Shown here: positions 13,063 through 25,600 of the stretch, piece after piece
Numbering within the stretch: the stretch's first letter is position 1
Layout of the letters: the number at the start of each line of letters is the position of its first letter
NCBI GenBank assembly: GCA_965235115.1
Contig: OZ249436.1
Location: 53,568,001 to 53,632,000 of the forward strand
Direction: 5' to 3'
DNA: 64,000 bases
From: Laetmonice hystrix
Taxonomy: Eukaryota
Notes under the pieces: model-generated
What the model saw: the letters and a program-made list of their open reading frames with translations, nothing else
Database searches by the model: none
What the model was told of the DNA's origin: nothing
Translations under genes and position numbers: made by a program

Positions 13063-14849
13063 TAGAGTCACAAAGATGAAACGATGTTTTGTCTCTTCAG
13101 ACAGCACAGATTATGATCCACTGGTGGTTTAATATTTTCACACACATTAATAACCTTCAGACCATTGATTCTTTTCTAGAAATGTAGTTATTCTGACAGC
13201 GCAATGATCGCCATTTAAAAACAAACTACATTGGGGCTTTGTTCCACCCAAGCCTACATTGTTTGTACTTTTGTCTTATGTTGAACCACTAACATGTGCT
13301 GTGACTCTTCGGCAGGGAACCGTGTGTGGTGTTGCTGCACCGGTAGAAAGCCTGTTGAACACCAGGACGCGAAGTGTACCAGCAAATTGTTGACTGAACC
13401 ACCTCCATTCATTCAGTAGGATACTATTCTAGCATAACGAAAACTGGGTAGATATTATACCCGAATGTTACAATAGCCCAGACCATCGGCATGCAGTCTG
13501 AGATTTATGGACAGGCAGCCCATCATGTACCGTAACTCTTTCCAGTATATGCATGAGTTCACACGTTTGAAAGCTCCTGACACTATAGATTAGTTACCGT
13601 AGCTCACAGTCAAGCCAACCAGGGACAGAATAGACAAACAAAATAATGTAGGCGTTTAGGCCTACTGCCTGATATGCTGATCAGGAGGCAGAACGACGTG
13701 GTATTTTGAATGTCATGTAGGCCTAATGCTGCCTTCAAGCTGTATCGTTCTGGTAAACAGGCCCAGTCTTGTGTTCCCTAGCTGTCCGTTTGGAATGGGA
13801 ATACATGCGTACACAAAAACTCCTTCTGACTCCTCCAAGACCATTCATCATGAGCGGAATAAAATATTGAAAACACTGTATCGTTGTCTGTGTACGTATC
13901 CCATCCCATCTGAGGGTAATACGGCGAGTCGCAGGCCTGGATCGGAGGGGGGCGGGGGAGGGATGAAGAACAGATATTTTGCCGTAGCCCTACTTAGTAG
14001 TAGGCCTATTCACATTTTTCGTCAAAAATGGTCGGGTACGCCTACTTACACGTGTTTTGCCATGTCACGGCAGACTTGCATGCCTACACTACATGCCTCA
14101 CAGGTCATAATTTTTTAAGGCCGACTATAGCTTTCGGATCAGCCGTAATTTCATTATTTTCTTTGCCTTAAAGAAAAATGAATAAAATAAAAAGAGATTT
14201 AATTAGGAAAATTGTTAAACCTTCGGCTTTGCTTTGGCAAAAGCTAGGGGTCCGTCCGTGCTTCCGTAGACCTTCTATAGACAGCAATTTCTCAAGGAAT
14301 TTCTGATCTCACCCAAGTTGGCCGCCCGGTCGCCATATTTGACAAAAACTCGTGTACTATAGGTGTAGGTGGCTATAAAATTTGAAGGGGAGGCTGGGTC
14401 ATGATGAGATACGGACCGTACGTTCCTTTTGTTAGCCAATTATATTATAATGTTGGGTAGGGGGGGGGGCTGAGGGGGAGCTAGAGAAAATATGGGGGGA
14501 GTCCCCCCCCCCTGGCGCCGCCACTGCCACATAGAGAGAGGATAGCGGGGGACATTATGTAGGCCTAGAAGATAGCCTAACAGTATATTTAATTGAGATG
14601 GCGGCACGGCAAAAAAAAAAACCACTTCGTATTATCTATATAGACATAGGCCTAGACTTTATATCTCAAAGAATAGCCCGTTTCTTTTTAAACTTGCACA
14701 AAGACAGAGGACAGCAAGCTAGATTATAATCTTTATGTCGGTGAGTAGGCCCCTCAATCTAGGCTATATTTTAACATTCAGATCCAGGATGGTGGTATGC
14801 AGCCATATTTGATTTCGTTCGGCCATTTTAGGGCTGTTGGAGTCAATAA

Positions 14850-15156
14850 GGGGCGGACCATTTAATACAGGGGAAGGGGGGGGGGGGGCTATGGGTTTTC
14901 TTCATGACCAAGATTTTTTTGCCCCCAGGCCGAAGCTATCTCCTTTAATTAAATCATTTTTGCCCCATTTCGACTATAGCTACTGTATATTTTTTTTTTA
15001 CATATGGAACAAACTATTTCCCCCCGAATTGGGTGAACAGATTATTTAGCCCCCCCCCCCCCTATTTCCACAAAAACACTAAGACCCATAGATCTATCTA
15101 TAGGGCCTAGATCTATAGACTCCTAGACCCCCCCCCCGTATCAAAGGGTCCGCCCC
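14850..15156. mobile_element. PIF/Harbinger-like MITE (~307 bp)
   Basis: Imperfect TIRs GGGGCGGACCATTTAATAC / GTATCAAAGGGTCCGCCCC flanked by a TAA duplication (14847-49, 15157-59); no coding capacity. Confidence 0.7.
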
Positions 15157-15599
15157 TAACAGAAAAACTCTCCAAGATGTGTCCTTTGTTCATCCGGGGT
15201 AGTACTTTTAGCCCTAATCATGGATAGGAAGTCATATAGCTTTCATTTTCACCATTTCTGTTGACCTTTCGTGACCTGGAAAGGTGATACCAAGGTCATG
15301 CAAACTTTTCAGGGCGTAGGCAGCCTACCCCTATCCACGGTCATAGGCCTATCTAGCCTACTCATAGTTGCTGATAGGAACTCAAATATGATCGAGCTTT
15401 CGCTTGGCACCATCTGTGACCTTGATTCACCTGGAAAGGTGACACAAAAGAACACTGTCTAGGCAGGCCGACACTGGCTAGTTGGGACGGCCTAGACTTT
15501 TAAAAATTGTTTTATCGAAATATCGAGCACCTAGCTGTTTGTCTACAAGTAGGGCACTTTTAGGAATATCATGAATTTAAGACGCCCCTCTCCGGACTT

Positions 15600-16342
15600 A
15601 TTGGTCCATTCATAGACGTAGAGTTCGACATGGTCCATACTCAGTGGTGGACGCTGCCTTGATTGGTGGCCATTGTTCATCTGTTTCTCGCCAGATGTCG
15701 CCTGATCCTACTGCCGGTCGGGGCCCGAGCTTCGTGACCCAGCCAGGCTGAATTTCAAAATAATGGCCGAGATCAGATGGCCGACGATCCACGCGCCCAG
15801 CTGGATCAACGCGCACTTAATCAAGAACCTAATGACAATTTAGTTTCCTTATCTAGCCCTTTGATGTATGTATTGTCATAGTTTATCTCGAACTCTGCAT
15901 GGCATCACTCTATCGCGCACTGCGGCCTCGTCATGTGACGAAACCAGCAGGTACGCGGCGTAGGAATATGACCCACCTAGACCGGCAAGTGAGGGTTCCC
16001 CAAATGCCGGCCAGACAGACAAATAGTGCATTGTATTTCCGTTGTTTTTATTAAATACTAGGATTGTTTTGCCAGCGACTTCCCACTCTGTGTATCACAT
16101 CTTTCTCTCCCCATCAGATGGTGCGTAAGGTTAAGGTTGTTAAGGGAAAGTAAATGGTTAAAGCGGTATTTTAATCCGCAGAGAAAATCCGAGTCGAGGC
16201 GGTGAAGAGGCCCTTCCTATTCACTGCCCGGTGTTTGGATTGGCGCGATTTCGAATCCGACCGGGGTGTTTGGCTCTGAAATTCTGCTGATTCCAAACGG
16301 ATAGCAATATCAATTTAAGAGCAGCAAGAATCAGTTATCAGA
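15600..16342 (+). promoter_or_regulatory. Lgl promoter region and non-coding first exon (5' end undefined)
   Basis: CpG-rich; inverted CCAAT boxes (GATTGG, e.g. 16238); consensus donor GA|GTAAGT at 16343 pairs with acceptor tttcag at 16560, just upstream of the ATG. Confidence 0.6.
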
Positions 16343-16591
16343 GTAAGTATTTTTCATTTTTCCTTAGGCGGGCAAATCGTAAATGCATCTCAACGGGATG
16401 GTTATTATGGGTTGGGGGGCAGTGACTTGGTTCACGTTGCCGCATCTTGGCCTGGGTTGACGGTCGATGTATCGACAGTCGGCTTTGTCTGTTGTGGCCG
16501 TGGGTGTGCGAGAAGCGGGTGCGCCAGAGTAACGTGGACGCGTCCTTTATTTAGTTTCAGGTGTTTCGCAAGTCACAATATCACCGACACC

Positions 16592-16681
16592 ATGTTGAGG
16601 AAATTCGGATTCAAGAAGTCGGAACCCAGGGAGAGTGAGGCCCGTTTGAAGCTGCAGAAGGAGTTGTTTGCATACAACCGG
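16592..16681 (+). CDS. LLGL1: Lgl coding exon 1, [30 protein letters not shown]
   Basis: gacaccATG; donor CGG|gtaggt; matches Lgl ...KLKQELFAFNK. Confidence 0.92.
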
Positions 16682-19600
16682 GTAGGTGTACATCTTGACC
16701 TCCTCAGCCGCCGGCAGGGCCGCCCCGGCGGATGGTCAGATGGTGCAACCCTCGCGGGTCTGCCCAGCCACAGGTGGGGTAGGGGTGACAAGACTGGGGA
16801 CAACATGACGCCGCACACACACTAGCCTGACATGCGGTCATCATTGCCAACCCGGCATTTATTGCCCATCCACGTCCATATATTTCTTTCATTTCTGAGA
16901 AGAAATGAAGGGGGAGAGTGAGGACGATTAATTAGGAACATAATAATGCCTGGTATTTTAGAAAACTTTTCATAATTTATTTAACTTTGTGGAACTGGTG
17001 TGTTGAAACCGTAAACTGGGTGCATATTTATAAATAAAACAATGGGGAGGTAACTGTCCTAGATGACTGGGACAGCCATATGAAAGTTGGATGGGAAAAA
17101 GGTAGACTGAGCCCTGGAAACCAAAGCCCAGTTATTTCAGTATTTTCATGAATATATTTTATAAGATAGCGGTTTTCTAAGCCTAAGGCCTAATCTTTGA
17201 AAATGTCAAAAGTTTGAACAATAGTAACATTCTTTAAAAAATGGCAGATGCCAACCAGGCCCAACCCTAAACTCTGATCAGAGACGTCTAGTTCAGTTTT
17301 TGTCTAATTCTAGTATTTGATCATACACACAGATTTTTGAATAGATTCCATGTGAATAGATTCCTTGTGTCATGTGAAATTGTATTTTTCAACTATAGGC
17401 CCTATAGTTGTAGGCCACCCAATAAAATGGTACATTGTTCAATTTCTGAGTGTATTTTATTTGAGAAAGGTAAATTTGCATCAAGGGCTACAAACTCTGA
17501 TAATATTTGCAGGCTGTTCAAAATGCTGCATGCAGGAGATTTTTTTGCAAGTTTAAATTTAAACACTGTTTCCGTTATGTAATTTATCCTAAATGTAGGC
17601 ATATGGCTACATTTAAGATAAATGAGATGTTGATATGTGAAACATCTAGGCTTTATTCTGATCCTTTTTTTTATAGTGTGTGGAGCATGGCTTTCCTCAC
17701 AAGCCAAGCGCCCTGGCCTATGACCCAAAGCTCAACCTGATTGCTATTGGGACCAAGAATGGATCTGTTAAAGTGTATCCTTTTTGATAATTTTAACTCA
17801 GGGATCCAGTTGATGCAAAGTAAGTCTTTATTGTTCACAATATCAAAAACTGGTGGAAAGTTACTATGAGTTGACAAGTTGAATTTTTAGATGGTCAATA
17901 TCGTTTTTGTGCTATGAAACATGCATCCAATTGCTATTTCCCATCAGAAGTCTGTAAGTACAAAAATTGCAGGTTGCAAAATCGAATGATGAATTCATGA
18001 GTTTACAAAGATTTTCAGGGGTTTGCGGTAGAGGAATTAGTTGATTGGTGTACGTGTATTTATCTTGGACAGACCAAGCTGCTTTGTTGGCTTTCTGTAT
18101 AGTTAAAGACCCGTGCAGTTTTCAGTTAATGGCTTGTAACATTTGGTTCATATACTCTAATAGTAATAGGGGCCCAAGGCTGTTACAAGCCTCTGTACCT
18201 TTGGTATTATAATGTGTTAGTCATAACTGGGCCATGAATTCCATGGCCAGATGCATACATGTGCAGCAGACAAGTTGACCGGACAGCAGACTTTAGCATT
18301 TCTGTGGTCAAGTTCTGTGGACTAGATTCCGGCATCATATCATCAGTTGTGTGTAGCAGTCAGAATAGGATTTCACTAAAACTTAATGTGCTATAGATGG
18401 AGAAAGAAAAAAATTTAAATGAGCTTGTGGCTTTTTTTTCTAAAAGTAATGTTCAATAATGTTTCTGGTCAATACAAGGAGGGATATTGATTTGGAAGCT
18501 TAGATTTGAAATCCAGAAGACTGCAACTGAGGGGCATGGATTAAAACTGTCCTAGAAGGGGAAATAAAGAAGATGTTAGTGTGCCGGAATGGTACAACTT
18601 CATCCAGGATGTTGAGTACAAAGTTGACTGTGACAGTGAATCCTTTTGTAGCTCTAGTCTATTGGAGTTGTGTGAGCGTGTTGAGGTCCTGCATAGATCT
18701 GTTGCCTATCGAAGCTGTTATCGAAATCTTAATCATGAAGAGGTAAATAGACCCTTTCCAGTCTGACCATGTACCCTGCCAGGAGGCTGGGGGGTTTTAA
18801 AGCCAAAATTACACACAAAAATTCACAGGAAAAAACTTTTGATATTTTAAGCAGGTTAGATATGATTGGAAACATATATATATCATTATTTTGGTAGGTT
18901 TGACTGTTGACCCTGGCCTTTAACTTTTGACCATTCAAAAAAATAAAAATTCATCCCTTAGTTTTTTTTATCCTGCATGTGATATGGGATAGGACTGGAA
19001 AGGTTTAAAGGGAGTCATAAAATTCATTTTTTTCGATTTATGGCAGTCTTAGAAACATATGATTCGCATACCTTGGACTCCCAGTAACATCATGTGAGAC
19101 TGTTATGGCCCAGCGACCAGTATTTAGTAAGGAAAATATGCCAAATCTCTCGCAAATACGTAGCTTAGAATTAGCGAGCGGCCCACAGGATATTTGAGTT
19201 GGCCGCGGTCGGGCGATGATGACGCGTGATCACGTGACTTCCGGGTGTGGAAGGGAATCTCCCTCTAGTCTAGTGTTGACCTAAATACCGCATGTACACC
19301 CGGAAGTCACGTGATCACGCGTCATCATCGCCCGACCGCGGCCAACTCAAATATCCTGTGGGCCGCTCGCTAATTCGGAGCTACGTATTTGCGAGAGATT
19401 TGGCATATTTTCCTTACTAAATACTGGTCGCTGGGCCATAACAGTCTCACATGATGTTACTGGGAGTCCAAGGTATGCGAATCATATGTTTCTAAGACTG
19501 CCATAAATCGAAAAAAATGAATTTTACGACTCCCTTTAATACTAGTATTTGCAATGTCTTCCTTACAATGATGTTTTGATAATATAGTTTTAAATACAAC

Positions 19601-22600
19601 ATAGCTTTTCCATCTTGTTACCATTTTGCGTCAGTCTACAGTAAACTGTGCATATAATTTTAGTAAAATAAAGAAAAGGTTTAACTGTGACATGAGAGTG
19701 AGACTGAGAGTGCAAATTATGTCAACGGTGACCTATTAGAAACAGAATTATGAATACGGAGGCTCAGAAGATACTGAATCTACACTGATCTGCCTGCTAA
19801 AACCCTTGACCTTGTTTTTAAACAGCACTTGACTGAGGTATCTCCGTAAGCCATTGGGTTTCTGGAGCAGGCAAGGGGTGAGAGTGTCAGGGGTTAGGCT
19901 GGCCTGGTGGGAAACACATGGCGAGCTGCCAAAAAAGTGGGTGTGGTCTCCAGCAGAAAGAAACCATATTATATATTAACTTGCTGATCAGACAGTGCGC
20001 TGAATAAAGAGGCAGTTGACATGGTTGTAGGTTTGAAATATATCTTGAAACTGTGTCAGATTTGGCTTGAAGAAAGGGTTTAGTTTTTTACACAGTTTCC
20101 TGTTAAGACTTATGACTTGAGATAGAGATTACTAACAAAAGCATTAAATTAAAAAAAAATTGACATTTTTCAAATGGATCAAATCCTATTGTGAGATCAC
20201 TGGGTAAATCTATGTATCCCAAAAGGCAAAACCAGATCTACCCCATCGGTATTAGGCATTGGAATTTGTACAGAAGGGGCCAGCTGAAGGGTTTCACACA
20301 TGTTTATGTTTGCCATGATGGGCATGTTGAATGGGCATTACGCCTCCCGCCGAGGGCTGGAATTTGTAGCTTGGAATCATGCTTGTTGAGAGTAACGACC
20401 CCCAAAGGAGCTTTACCCGAGTAGGGCCCTCTCCCAGAGGTGGGCGCCCCCCAAAGGCTACAGACACTCGGGAGTTGACACATTAGGCGGTCATACCCGC
20501 ACTCAGCAGGTCAAGTAGCCTCCAGATAGGTCATATTGGCCAAATGAAGCAATGCCGACCCGAATCGGATGTGTGTTTAATTGTAAGGGCTTGACACATG
20601 GCAGGGTGACACACGTCCCTTGGGGGATTTAACTACAATACTGGACTGAGTTTTATTCTAGTCACGAAGCAACACACCTGTTTCATTGATTTCACGTTAC
20701 TTGATTAAACAGGTCACACTTTTGATTACACCAGACGGCCTGTTCTGTGTCAGTGAAACTGACTAAATAAATATAATTACAGACTTAATGGTCTACATGT
20801 ATTCAAAGAGTATATGTAAGTTACATGTGAAGAGAATCAAGATCTTGCAAAATCGGCATGAATTCTGTTAGGAACATCGATTAAATAACAAATGGTTCTT
20901 TTAAAAGTGTGGAGTATTTTAAAAAGAAGGCAGTGTAGCACAGCTTAGCAGAACGACCATCTAGCTGTGTATGGCATTTACACTTTAAAGGATATTTAGT
21001 TGTTCCAGGAGTATTTTAATGTGGACTACACGTATAGCAACCGTATGTACATGTATTTGTTTATTTTTATGGAAGCAGTGCATGACGGCAGGTGTACATG
21101 ACAAAGTACTCATTTCTGTGATGGGGGGGGGGGGGGTAAATTTGATTCATAAGTAGGGTTACAGTAAGTACCAGTAAATGCTTGGAGAGGGAAAAAGGAA
21201 AAATTTAGGAATTTAGGTAATTAGGAGGATAGCGGGTAGATCCAGACTGTAGATTAAAGTCTGTTTGACCAAGGAGACTAGTCTAGTCTCGTTGGTTTGA
21301 CACACGTAAATCCGTACACTTTTAGAGTACCGTACCCCGTACTTAAGTCCACATTGAAGAATGGACACCATACTTTCAATTCTTCTACATTTTCCTGTTT
21401 CAACAGTGCCTCAGTGAAAGCATTCTGTTTTTACCTCAAAAATGTTGCAAAGTGACAACTTAATGCAGAACAAGGCTTGAAAGAAAATATTAATCCTATT
21501 ACAAGCAATTGCTGAAGCACCTCGTAGAGTCGGGTAACACTGGCATGCCTAAAACTGAAAAAAACCTGATTCTTTGTTGGTTTTTATGGGAAGGATTTCA
21601 GTTTTGGACCATTCCATCTGCTCCAAGTGACATTTGCAGGTGTCAGGAAGAACTATTTTAAGATGGTCAGCGGGTCCCCAGTTGCCGGACCGTCTGCACG
21701 GTGTTTTCATCCTTAAGGCCTGCCCTAGAAGCGTCTCCGCGTTGTTGAAATACAGAAAGAGAGAGATCATTTGCCGTTTGAATGACTTGAATGATCCCGG
21801 TACTGAATGGACCTGTCACCTCGGCCCATCACCTGACTCAGACCGGCACTCTACATCAAGTCCCTGCAGACTTGTGTTTGCTTGAACTGTGGCGAGCAGT
21901 AGGTAGAGATTGAGTAGGGAGAGAGGGGGTTTCACGATGTGGTCCAGGGATCGCCCCCGGGGGACAAAATAGATGAGTGCATGGGCCCTCTCCCAAACAT
22001 AGCTCTGATTGGCTTGTTGTTGGAGAGGGGCACAGAGTCAGTGAAGTGGAATTAGAGAGATTATAATTTTACATTATAATCATTAGTTCCGGTACCCTGC
22101 AGATTATTACACGGAGGATAACTTTTGATAAAATTAGCGATGACTGTTAATGGTATGATTTGTACTGTAGATTGTGCACACGGAAATGGCAAATTGGCAG
22201 TGACGAGTCATGATGCAACAGTTGAGCATTACATTTTGGCCTATCTTTCTAAAACTACTATACATTCGTATGCCAAAAATGTAGGTCTTGGGGGTAATGC
22301 AAAATATTGCTGTGGTCTGATTGGCTCATTGCCACTGTGGTAGTATTTAGTAGTTCTGAAGCAAGGTGTAACATTGCCCTAGAACCACTCTAGAAGTCAC
22401 AGGAAACAAGTCATCGGGAAGATGACCTTTGTTGCAGAAAGGTGCCAGTCGCATTCTTCTGGTTTTAGCAGAAGATGCAAGAACAATACATATTTATGTG
22501 CGTGCATCTGAGCAGAGAGCCAGGTCCATCAACTCATGATTGTTAAAATCCATTTGTGTTAGCTTGACTTGTGATTCTGGGGTGCGTTTCACGACAATGT

Positions 22601-25600
22601 AACCCTGTTGTGCGTAAAAATCCTCCTTGAAAATACATTGGTGTTTACGATCTACGACAAGCTTACGGCAGGTGCAGTGCACTGCTGAGCTGCAGTAGGC
22701 CACCATAATAGAAGGCAGTCCTGCAGCACCGAAGAGTCTTTTGGTGGCGCCCTGATGATAGATACAATTCGGTAGAGCTCCTGTAGTGTTATCCCCTTGA
22801 TGTCGCATCAGGAGAAAAGGGGCAATATACGTGCAACTGCTTCATGTATTCTAAAGGAAAGGCCACAAACCATTAGTTTAAATCACCATGGTTGGAAAAA
22901 TATGTATGGCACGATAATCATATACCAGAGATTCGCAGCCCATGCTTGGTTTAATATTTGTATTAAAGCTAAAAAATACACCTAGGACAAAAAGTGTTGA
23001 CGAGTCTGCTTGTCACTGTCTATGAATCGGTACTTTAACCTGAAACGTCATACGGGAAATAGATGTGGTTAGTCTAGAAAAGCTGTGGTTATCTGCTTCA
23101 CCTTACTGTTTTTTCACACCTAGATCAAATTTGACTATTCCATACTGGCGCTGGGAAGAGTGGGGCTGATGTTGTGCCAACGTAGGTATTACTGATTTTG
23201 ATAATTATTTATCTTAGTAGGCCTATATTCTTGGACTAGTCTCCAGAATCTAGACCCAGTATATGTGTTTTAAAACAAGATTGTTTGTGTAACAAGTGTT
23301 TTTATTTGCTCCTGGATCCAGAACACTTGTCAAAAACGAGGCAGACTCAGACTGTCAGACAGAGGTATAAAGAGAGGGGACTTGGTACTGGTGAACCGGG
23401 ATCAAATGCCTTGATCATCTAGGTGTACTTTAATAGAAGCAGAGATGGCCAGTGGGTATGGCTTTGGAAGAATTGACCCACATTATGGATAGTGATGTTG
23501 ACTGAAGTGGTTGGTGGGTGCCAGGGCAGACAGACATCTGAGCGCAAGTTCAGGGTCCATGCACATTGGCATCGCGTATATAGAACACTGTGAAAGGGTG
23601 AAGGCCGATGTCTGTGCAGGGACAGTGGCTTGGACTCCACTACCGGTCCCCGGCGTCGTGTTTAAAGAAATGTATGCAAATGTCCTTCATATGGAATTAT
23701 GAGTGGTAACACAGCGGACATAAATGGAAGGTGATATTTTTTCTAAAGTCCGTTATCAGTTGTAGCATGTCGCAGATGCGGTGGGTTTGTTTGTCAGCCT
23801 GAATGTTTGTTCATAGGCATATCTTGGCTTGGCTATACATGTATACTAAAATATGGGGCTAGCTGTCGTGTCGAACTGGTGACTCACACAACTGGGGCAT
23901 AAATCAGCCAGACTGTCTGACCCTTGTTACAGCCCCAGCACAATTTGCGAGCAGCTCTATATATTTGTAAAGGCATTACGGGGTAGTTGTAATTTAAAAA
24001 AAGAATCACTAGATCCTGCTCAGGTTGAATGAAACTCTTCAATGTTTAAACGTACCGGAATGTCGTGTAGGTACCTCAAAAATAACTATGAATGGTGTAA
24101 TATATATTGTACAATGTACATCAGTCCTCGAAAAAACCCACGTCCGATCGTCCGAGACGACTAAAAAATTGCTTTGGACGAGTAAATATTAATGTCAGTC
24201 GTCCGACCGGACGAGTAAAGCAAAGACAAAGAAAAAAATCAACCAGGCCTTGTTCTCGGCCTAAGATCTACGGTGACCACATGCCTCCACTTTGAACCAC
24301 TTTTGGGGTGACTCTGACTTTCACGAAACCGAGTGTAACTAGTAACAAAACCGACCGAGACCAGCTGGTTGTGCCACCTTGTGACAGGATAGTATATTTC
24401 CCTTCAGCACCCCCATACAGAAGACATGCAAGACTTATCAGTCGGCAATGGGGTCAACTTTAATGATATAGAGGCACATTAGGGTGAATACTCGCTGTTT
24501 TTTGCGGATGCCAGAGTGTAACAGTTCCTTCCAGAATTACTTATTGTCATTGATTAATTGGGGTTCACACCATTATTATCGATAAAATCTCCACTATCTG
24601 TAGAAATTACAGGCAAGGACCTAATTAGATGCAATACAATCCAACTTGCCAGTAACAAAATCTCTGGCCATACCATGAATTGCCCAGAGGGGGGCTGTGT
24701 GTAATGACCTATAATGCCTCAATTGGCTTGGGACCACGTGTGAGCACTGTCACTGAGTGAGCAGTTGTTTACAACAAGCAGCACTTGTCAATTTGGCGCT
24801 GGCTTAATTGATCATGAGACCAACAGTATAGTTTAGCCAGAGAAAGCAAATAAAAGCACTAGATTTAATTGATAGACTTGTCACTTATAAACAGATCACA
24901 GGTTCTATGATAAAACAATAAAAACGAGGCTTTTGTTTCATTCCTATTTTATTAAATACCTTTAATAAATAAGTAGAGAATTCAGTGTAATTTCAGTCAA
25001 AGTTCTACAGATGAATTTGGGCAAGTGAAAAATAAGTCGGGCAAGTAAAATTGGGCTACTACTTGCCCGATGGGCAAGTAGAGTTGGTAGATTTTTTTCG
25101 AGCCCTGTACATGTTTTATGTGAGATTTTCTTTTGCATTACAAAACGCGAGTGGCCGGCTTCAGTGACGTTTACTACAAAGCATGCACCGTTTTACAAAT
25201 TGAACCACAGCAACAAATGTAATTCGATACCGACATGGGATCGTGCAGTGTACGAGCAGTTCCTTATCGTGCCGTTAGGATTGCGGTAATGCAGGTAGAA
25301 GTTAGGCCAACCTAAATGTTCAAAGGTTGCATCACATACATATTAGCATGAAGTATGTTGGTGGAAAGTACGTCAGTTGCGTCGTGCAGTATGATCATAC
25401 GAATTGCATTTAAATTGTGACCATATATACACCCACCCACCTATGACTAACGTTTATAATAATAATCGAAGTACCTGGCTGGTTTCTGCCAAGTGGGTGA
25501 GCCACCTTTCAGGTCAGAAGGTGTTTCACTCATATTGACACTTTGATAAGAGAGACCAGCTGTCACAGTAATATTGACTTTGTATTCCAGTACCTCACCC

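Noticed and set aside
14100-14720. TAAGGCC/TAGGCCT-rich segment with poly-G/C, resembling MITE debris
   Set aside because: Could not pair termini or find a TSD.
15260-15445. TGACCTT...AAGGTCA motifs (also ~37375-37480 and ~50570) suggesting a dispersed Helentron-like repeat
   Set aside because: Fragmentary, boundaries unsupported; needs a repeat library search.
22494-22808. 104-aa - strand ORF in the U12 intron
   Set aside because: No recognisable domain and no supporting splice sites or neighbouring exons.
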